A stretch of DNA of 5,471 nt, taken from positions 1 through 5,471 of the forward strand of contig NW_021829977.1 of the NCBI RefSeq assembly GCF_006345805.1, given 5' to 3'. This stretch comes from Octopus sinensis (Eukaryota). Position 1 is the first letter of the stretch, and every line of letters starts with the position of its first letter. This document shows, in pieces, positions 1 through 5,471 of the stretch. Made by a program: the position numbers and the translations under genes. Below the pieces are notes generated by a model, which saw nothing but the letters and a program-made list of their open reading frames with translations, searched no databases and was not told the DNA's origin.

Positions 1-219
1 TATCTATTTATTTCTTTATATCATTTATTTTTTCTATGTTGGGTGGGGGGTGGGCGGAAAACTACAGCATATTCACGATGCCGAGCAAGTTAGACTGTTT
101 TCACGAAGGTGTCACGTTCTTGGTAAACAAAAGATCGAGTTGACTTCATAAGTTTCACTATAGACAAGAGACTACTGCAATGGTGATATTGATATAAACA
201 GACGTACACTAATGTATAC

Positions 220-304
220 GTGTGTGTGTGTGTGTGTGTGAGTACAGACACACAGCTATGTATATATATATGTACATATATATATATATATAACACATAC
301 ATAC
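220..304. repeat. Compound microsatellite (GT)10 followed by interrupted (TA)n/(CATA)n
   Basis: Seen directly: GT run at 220-240, TA-rich run at about 258-292, then ACATACATAC. Confidence 0.97.
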
Positions 305-414
305 AAATAATCAATATAAGACTTAATTTATTAAAGAAAGTTCAATAAATTTCATCAGATAAATGAAATGAAACAGATTGCATGTTAGAATGGATTAACT
401 TTTTATTTCATAAT

Positions 415-497
415 CCCAGACAATTGTTTCTGACAAAAGGACTAAGATTTCTATAAAACAGAACATCACAAGGGTCGAATTTGTACTCTTCAGTAGG
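415..497 (-). ncRNA. Degenerate type I hammerhead-ribozyme-like motif with extended loop II (candidate)
   Basis: Minus strand: CCTA (497-494), perfect core CTGAAGA (493-487), GT-ACAAA...42 nt...TTTGT-CA, GAAAC-AATT-GTC (430-419; ACAATTGT is a palindrome), TGGG (418-415, pairs with CCTA). The base of helix II is mismatched. AATAAA follows at 407-402. Confidence 0.3.
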
Positions 498-526
498 TGA
501 GATTTAAAGGGGAAAAAAAGACGTTT

Positions 527-684
527 CATTACTACTCTAGGCACAAGGCCCGAAACTGGTATTTAATTTATCGAGCCCGAAAGGATGAAAGGCAAAGTCG
601 ACCTCGGAGGAATTTGAACTCAGAACGTAGCGACGGGCGAAATACGGCTAATTACTTCGTCTGGCGTGCTAACGCTTCTGCAAC
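527..684 (-). mobile_element. tRNA-derived SINE (octopus-type, Deu/Nin-like core) with internal deletion and 12-bp TSD
   Basis: Minus strand has A-box-like GCAGAAGCGTTAGC, B-box-like GAGTTCAAATTCC and core CCTTTCATCCTTTCGGGCTCGATAAATT. It shares 23 nt (580-602 = 5202-5224) and 19 nt (610-628 = 5231-5249) exactly with the copy at 5083-5249. Flanks are AAAAAGACGTTT (515-526) and AAAAAGAGGTTT (685-696). The Deu/Nin label is from recall. Confidence 0.85.
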
Positions 685-838
685 AAAAAGAGGTTTAAAA
701 TATAAATTGAATTTTTTCTTAGTTATCATTATTATATAGGTATTTGTATATTCATTCCTCTATTTACAATTATTTGAATCGAGACTATATATAATCGATT
801 AACAAAACAGAAGATGGATTACCTATTAGTCTTTATTC

Positions 839-944
839 CGTACGACGATCGTTTCGACCTATCCTGCGACTGTTCTTTATGTGTCGGATGCTGTGCATCA
901 TATTGTGTTAAATCAATTTTGCAGTCTGGGTCACGTCAGATACA
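839..944 (-). ncRNA. Degenerate type I hammerhead-ribozyme-like motif with ~69-nt loop II (candidate)
   Basis: Minus strand: TGTAT (944-940), CTGACGT (939-933; A9>T vs CUGANGA), GACC (932-929)...69 nt...GGTC (859-856), GAAAC-GATC-GTC (855-844; ACGATCGT palindrome), GTACG (843-839, pairs with TGTAT via 2 G.U). AATAAA follows at 837-832. Confidence 0.4.
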
Positions 945-1381
945 TGCATACCTAAAGTGGTGTCCCGCTAAAAATATAGAGTTCAAGTAGTCATGTTGGT
1001 ATTTGCCTGCTTCGTTTGGGAATGGGGTTTTGCTACGATTGTCCTTGTATTAAATATTCATAACAATTGTAAATAAGTGTAAATATAAACATATAAATCG
1101 TTGAAAAAAAGAGAGGATATACAAGAGAAAGTGTGTGGGAAGGGATATAGATACGGCGAGACCTGTTGACGAAAGGTTAGGTAGCCCAAACGGTTATAGT
1201 CAACACAACAACACACTAATCGACAAATGCCCAGCAGTCCAAAAAGTTACATGTATATGAATATAAATTAACTACACTGTGAAGTAAGATCCGTGATGGT
1301 AGAATCTGAGACGCATAAAGTTCCAATGGTAGCTCGGATGGAGTGGCGGTAAAGCGGTTCAGAAGAGGTAGTAAAGGTCCT

Positions 1382-1516
1382 TCTTTCTATAGGAAAGCGT
1401 AGGCTTGAAACGTCAAGGATTTCCATTTTTCCTGAGCGTCAAACTAATACAAGTTGCTTGTTGCTCTCTGAATTGTCTCTCTCTTTTGTCTTTTGTTTTT
1501 TGTTTAATTCTGAACC
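1382..1516 (+). mobile_element. Fragment of an octopus-type interspersed repeat beginning with a minimal hammerhead-like motif (probable PLE terminal repeat)
   Basis: TCTTT/AAGGA helix I, AAGC-GTAG-GCTT helix II, GAAAC-GTC, degenerate core CTATAGGA. The following GAGCGTCAAACTAATACA...TGCTTGTTG...GTCTTTTGTTTT resembles an abundant octopus repeat as I recall it (unverified). Confidence 0.45.
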
Positions 1517-1530
1517 GTATAGAAATGATA

Positions 1531-1574
1531 TGTGTGCGTGTGTGTGTGTATGAGTGTGTGTGTGTGTGTGCGTG

Positions 1575-1626
<52 letters not shown>
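1531..1626. repeat. (TG)n microsatellite with CG/TA/GA interruptions
   Basis: About 96 nt of nearly pure TG repeat, seen directly. Confidence 0.98.
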
Positions 1627-1627
<1 letters not shown>

Positions 1628-1774
1628 TATAGTGTTAGGAGTATAACACTCACGATCGTAAGATTGTGGTTTCGACTCGCAGAGCAAGTAGTGTATTGTG
1701 TTCTTGTTCAAAACACTTCTTTTCGCGTTGCTCCAGTCAACTCAGCCGTACACGAGTACGCCCTGCGATAGACT
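1628..1774 (+). mobile_element. 5' part (tRNA-like head) of a SINE, diverged and 3'-truncated
   Basis: GATCGTAAGATTGTGGTTTCGA (1654-1675) is the exact reverse complement of 3867-3888. Similarity to the 3681-3920 copy continues through GTTGCTCCAGTCAACTCAGC and CCTGCGATAGACT. Confidence 0.8.
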
Positions 1775-1776
1775 AC

Positions 1777-2358
1777 CACTATCACATACATTTTATGTAA
1801 TTCATTTATATACTCTTCAATTATAGGTTTATTCAAAACTGAATCTTTCCCTATCCACTTATCATATTTCTTTATATGCTTAAATACCACATAAGTTAAT
1901 TTGCTAACCCAGCTACTGAACTCACCCAATTTAACTTTACATTTGAGATTTTATTTAACTATGAAATCATTAATGGCTTTTAATATAATTTTTTCTAAAT
2001 TATATTTACTAATTTTATCATGTTCTTTATATTTTATTCCTTTACGCATAAATTCCCTTAGTTCCTCATTTTTAATGATATCTAAATTTCTTATATAAAC
2101 ATGCCCCATTTCTTTAATACAAAGTTCCGAATTATTACATTTACAATCTCCAAGATATATTTCTTTAAAACTTTCGAGACCATCATTGCATAAGAGCTTA
2201 TTATAATCAAATAAGGTACTACTTACCTTCTTACCAAGTTCATAACAAATTTTGACGTTTATGTCTAACATTTTCTGGCAAAAGGTGTTTGGCTTTTTTT
2301 TATTTCTAATTGCATTACCTAAATTAACATCATCAATGAAATTACTAACATAATGCAT
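1777..2358 (-). pseudogene. Decayed ORF fragment of a Penelope-like retroelement (region preceding and entering the RT domain)
   Basis: ORFs 1951..2358 and 1708..1929 are one frame broken only by TAA at 1953-1951. Motifs ICYELGKKVSSTLFDY, CKC...C...GHVYIRNLDIIKNEELREFMRKGIKYKE and VLNKPIIEEYINELHKMYVIV match the recalled PLE pattern C.C...GH.ITGDL.II.N..LR.L..KGPKYREP...L..LH.KYV.VPADKA. No RT catalytic motifs are present. Confidence 0.8.
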
Positions 2359-2614
2359 GTATGTATATACCGTTCAATAAACACAGGATCTCTAAGAAAG
2401 CTGCTGTTACTTTTCATTGGTACAGTAATTAAACGGCTTTGTACAGGATGACGTCTACACTCCTGCATTCGTTCAGGCTCAAGATAAACATGGCTACTTT
2501 CTGAGGATAAACGAGAGAAGAAAAAAAAACAAGAATAAAAAACCACGAGAGTAAATGAGAAAAAAAAAAGAGCTCGGAGGGGTCGGAAATAAGCGTTACG
2601 TATCTTTGACACAT

Positions 2615-2829
2615 TTAAAGGAGCACTCCGTCGGTTACAACGACGAGGGTCCCAGCTGATACGATCAACGGAACAGCTTGCTCGTGAAATTAACGTGCAA
2701 GTGACTGAGCAATCCACAGACACGAGTACCCTTAACGTAATTCTCAGGGAGATTCAGCGTGACACAGAGTGTGACAAGGACCGGCTCTTTGAAATACAGG
2801 TACAACTCATTTTTGCCAGCTGAGTCCAC
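2615..2829 (-). mobile_element. 5'-truncated SINE (body plus 3' end) with perfect 11-bp TSD
   Basis: CTTTGACACAT flanks it at 2604-2614 and 2830-2840. It shares TCATTTTTGCCAGCTGAGT (2807-2825) with 3784-3802. The body (GACGAGGGT...GATCAACGGAACAGC.TGCTCGTGAAATTAACGTGCAAGT) matches a recalled octopus SINE. Confidence 0.88.
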
Positions 2830-2864
2830 CTTTGACACATAAGCAGACAAGGAATGGTAATATC

Positions 2865-2996
2865 AGTTCAAAATGTAGCATTTTGCAGTGCATTCGTTTT
2901 ACCAAGCCTTCGACTTTCTCCAGAAGCGTTCGAACATTTGCTATTAGGCGGCGCAGATATATTCTTGATAAATTAATCCATGTGGTTTGAATCCAT
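2865..2996 (-). pseudogene. Extreme N-terminal ORF fragment of a second Penelope-like element
   Basis: From ATG 2996: MDSNHMD*FIKNISAPPNSKC, then a frameshift near 2934, then RTLLEKVEGLVKRMHCKMLHFE. This resembles the recalled PLE N-terminus Y(S).KNIPIP....Y...LIEK.E..IKRMRWKA.FF. Confidence 0.6.
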
Positions 2997-3131
2997 TTTG
3001 GTGTATGGCTTTTCTGGCCTCAACTTCGAAGCCTCAACTTAAATTTACGCCATCAGTCCAATCTGTGACATGAATTTACGGAGAAATTCCACGGGTTGAT
3101 CCTACCAACAAGGAAAAGCTCACTATATAAG

Positions 3132-3182
3132 GATAGATAGCTGACAGACAGACAGACAGACAGACATATAGATAGATAGATT

Positions 3183-3241
<59 letters not shown>

Positions 3242-3242
3242 G

Positions 3243-3294
<52 letters not shown>

Positions 3295-3295
3295 T

Positions 3296-3344
<49 letters not shown>

Positions 3345-3376
3345 CAAACAGACAGATACATAGATATACACACTAT

Positions 3377-3412
<36 letters not shown>

Positions 3413-3450
3413 TTGCATGATATAGGATGTGTGCGTGTGCATGTGTGTGT
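3132..3450. repeat. Compound microsatellite (GACA)n-(GATA)~43-(GACA)n-(CA)n-(AT)n-(GT)n
   Basis: Seen directly. The GATA array spans about 3171-3343 with three variant units, near 3181, 3241 and 3294. Confidence 0.98.
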
Positions 3451-3490
3451 ATTTTTTATCTTTTATTTGTTACAGTTATTGCACTCCCAT

Positions 3491-3655
3491 CATGCTGGGG
3501 CACCGCTTTAAATGGTTTTAGTCGAACGAATCGACTTCATTACTTATTTTTTGAACCTGATACTTACACTATCGACTTTTGAGTCCGAACCTCTAAGTCA
3601 CGGGACGTGAACATACCAACATCGATTGGGGGAAAAAGACAAAGACAAATACACA
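3491..3655 (-). mobile_element. Diverged SINE fragment (octopus-type, related core)
   Basis: CATGCTGGGGCACCGC...TTTAGTCGAACGAATCGAC...CCGAACC.CTAAGT.ACGGGACGT.AAC matches a recalled octopus SINE. Minus-strand GTCGATAGTGTAAGTATCAG resembles the core of the 527-684 copy. Confidence 0.75.
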
Positions 3656-3680
3656 TGTCCCAAATATCAGATAACGGATG

Positions 3681-3920
3681 AAGAATCTTCCCGAGTCATA
3701 CAGTCTCATGTTGCCGGTCTCCCGGTTTCCATGTGGAAATATATTAACCCCCTGGATGGAACGTTAGGCCATTGCAGCATTATTCATTTTTGCCAGCTGA
3801 GTGGAATGGAGCAACGTAAAATGAAATATATAACTCAAAAACATAACACGTCGTCCGGTCCAGGAATCGAAACCACAATCTTACGATCAGGCGTCCAACA
3901 ACCTAACCACCACGCCACCA
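3681..3920 (-). mobile_element. tRNA-derived SINE, near full head plus body
   Basis: Minus strand: A-box-like TGGCGTGGTGG (3917-3907), B-box-like GTTTCGATTCC, then TTGCTCCATTCCACTCAGCTGGCAAAAATGA. It shares exact 22-mer and 19-mer blocks with two other copies in the window. Confidence 0.85.
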
Positions 3921-4226
3921 CATCCGAAATAATGCAGTGTATCAGATTTTGTCAGAATGTTTCTAAAAGTAAGATTATCGAGTAAATACTAAGCTTGAAC
4001 GCGTTAGTATCTAACCTTATATAAGTAACACAGTTCAAATGTGTCTTAGCTTTAACCTTAGCAGAATATATAAACGGACAAATATTTCATGTTTGGCAAT
4101 TACAAAATTTGAATGTTATTGATGTTAGGGATACAAAAGTTCATATTAGTTATGGATTTCTTATTCCTAATGGAAAACATTAATTTAACAAAGTTTTCTG
4201 TTGTTGAATAACTTTAATTGAATTAA

Positions 4227-4682
4227 CTTAGATATCTTAGAATATTTAGATTGGTTTCCACCATTATCGGTCCAGGTTGTGACTAACTTAACAGCACAAC
4301 TTGAAGAGGTATTTTAAATCATGTTTCGGACACCATGGGCCACTCGAGTAATGAACTATTGTTGGCTGAGGCGTATCCGAGTGTTGGTGATTTCTCTGGT
4401 ACTTCTTGGAGGAATTTGTGCACGCACTGCTCGATTATCGTGGGGATTTTCACTATTTTAATTTCTTTGGGGATAACATTGAATAAAGCAGGGCCATTTG
4501 AAGTTTTAAAAAAAATAATAAAATTGTGTCACGAAATTCTTATGTGATGTGAAATTGATTTTTGCAACGGACGTATAGCAACGGGGGCCTACCCTTGGGT
4601 GACTTGTAAACTCGATACTAACATCGTTTGGATTATAAATGCCGAAATATTTTCGACATTGCACAATTAATATAGCGCTCTA
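4227..4682 (-). mobile_element. 5'-truncated, decayed CR1/L2-type LINE 3' end (ORF2 C-terminus, 3' UTR, tandem tail)
   Basis: Pieced translation: ERYINCAMSKIFRH / PNDVSIEFTSHPRVGPR / AIRPLQKSISHHIRIS*HNFIIFFKTSNGPALFNVIPKEIK...KFLQEVPEKSPTLGYASANNSSLLEW...*, with two frameshifts and one TGA. GP.LFN.(L/I)P and FL..(I/V)PD.P..GY are typical CR1/L2 ORF2 C-terminal motifs. Tail TCTAAATAT-TCTAAGATA-TCTAAG at 4250-4227. Confidence 0.85.
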
Positions 4683-5082
4683 AAAATTTCCATTGTTTAT
4701 ATTCTAATAAGGAAATTAAATATCCGAAATTTGTCGAATAGGTAAGAAAACAACAAACATAATTATAATGTATATAATTAGAATATGAAGAAGAAACAGA
4801 AAAAATGTAACGTTTCGCACGATAACATATCATTAAAAACAAAGAAGAGAAAAGATTACATATAAGGCAGCAAACAGCGCGAAGAATGCTGGGAAATCAA
4901 TGTGGTTATAATAATGAGACGCGATATGCATGTGATAGTAACAAGGAGAGAGTTCGTGGTAATTATGTAATTTACAGAGTAAGATTTTTAAGGTTCATCG
5001 TCGTAACACCGAACGTTTGACTAAATTTGGTATCGTATAATATATAACCATTTGCAATCAGGTTGGTCTATCCTAAGTGTAG

Positions 5083-5249
5083 TAATAATAATCCCTTTCT
5101 ACTAAAGGCAAAAGGCCTGAAATTTGTGGGGAGGGGACTAGTCGATAATATCGACCCTAATGTTTCTCTGGTATCTCATTTATTGCCCCCCCCCTCCCGC
5201 CAAAGGATGAAAGGCAAAGTCGACTCGGTAGAATTTGAACTCAGAACGT
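5083..5249 (-). mobile_element. 5'-truncated SINE (same family as 527-684) with (TTA)n tail and poly-C expansion
   Basis: Exact 23- and 19-nt matches to the 527-684 copy. TAATAATAAT tail at 5083-5092; C9 run at 5186-5194. Confidence 0.85.
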
Positions 5250-5471
5250 TTCTTTCAATCATTATTACGGTTCTGAGTTAATTGAAGCATTTTCTTTTTA
5301 TTTTTTATTTTTTTTGGTATGACCATCCTCTTATTTTGCACATGAGACATTTGGACAAAACTAGTGTTAGTGTTATTAACTTTTATTAAGACAATAGTAC
5401 AAACTTAGATTTTTCAGAGTATTTAGCAAACGGTTAACCGGGTTTACGAAACAAACATTTGTATTAAGATT

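Noticed and set aside
41-57. G-rich GGGTGGGGGGTGGGCGG as a G-quadruplex
   Set aside because: It lacks four separated G3 tracts, and there is no functional context.
68-210. Possible host exon after CTACAG
   Set aside because: No polypyrimidine tract next to the AG, and no recognisable protein.
320-358. Minus-strand CTGATGA followed by an 11-bp hairpin
   Set aside because: No GAAA after the stem (AAGTC instead) and no helix I pairing. The stem is AT-only and easily arises by chance.
950-1380. Possible PLE GIY-YIG C-terminal remnant (RLGYLT.../TGLA) on the minus strand
   Set aside because: The match is too short and broken to support without a search; left unassigned.
1631-1650. Perfect 7-bp hairpin AGTGTTA/TAACACT in the SINE head
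   Set aside because: It is short and AT-rich within a diverged SINE, with no evidence of function.
1746-2825. Apparent ~1.1-kb inversion splitting one SINE at CTCAGC
   Set aside because: The 1628 copy continues past CTCAGC to about 1774 along a different body, and the 2615-2829 copy has its own TSD, so these are independent insertions.
3000-3058. Minus-strand CTGATGG...GGCCAGAAA upstream of the PLE ATG as a hammerhead
   Set aside because: Helix II and helix III cannot be formed convincingly.
90-3442. ORFs 90..314, 1405..1632, 1439..1711, 3053..3442 and 3123..3386
   Set aside because: They are translations of microsatellites (HT, VC, YI, IYLS repeats) with no domain content.
1901-4547. ORFs 1901..2098 and 4335..4547 on the plus strand
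   Set aside because: They are antisense shadows of the PLE and LINE coding remnants.
497-5281. ORFs 497..739, 2319..2723, 2429..2614, 2665..2850, 3626..3985 and 5063..5281
   Set aside because: They read through SINE sequence and flanks, with no recognisable protein motifs.
5426-5463. Stem plus CGAAACAAACATTTGTA resembling a hammerhead 3' half
   Set aside because: No CUGANGA-like core upstream and no properly placed helix I.
1-5471. CRISPR array, tRNA/rRNA genes, prokaryotic systems
   Set aside because: No repeat-spacer periodicity. tRNA-like boxes occur only as SINE heads, and the sequence is clearly animal repeat DNA.

Overview
AT-rich, repeat-saturated eukaryotic non-coding DNA. The SINE, LINE and microsatellite types match those I recall from octopus (coleoid cephalopod) genomes; this is recall, not a database search. 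No host gene, rRNA/tRNA gene or CRISPR array can be supported. The window holds (i) six tRNA-type SINE copies or fragments, two with visible target-site duplications; (ii) the decayed 3' end of a CR1/L2-type LINE (4227-4682, -); (iii) two decayed Penelope-like element (PLE) ORF fragments on the minus strand (1777-2358 and 2865-2996); and (iv) long compound microsatellites. The best lead is three degenerate type I hammerhead-ribozyme-like motifs with palindromic helix III (415-497 -, 839-944 -, 1382-1419 +). The two minus-strand motifs have unusually long (~40-70 nt) loop II inserts and similar downstream flanks (AATAAA...TAATCCAT...CTGTTT). Each has core or helix defects, so they are candidates only. 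Most ORFs in the supplied track are by-products of repeats.
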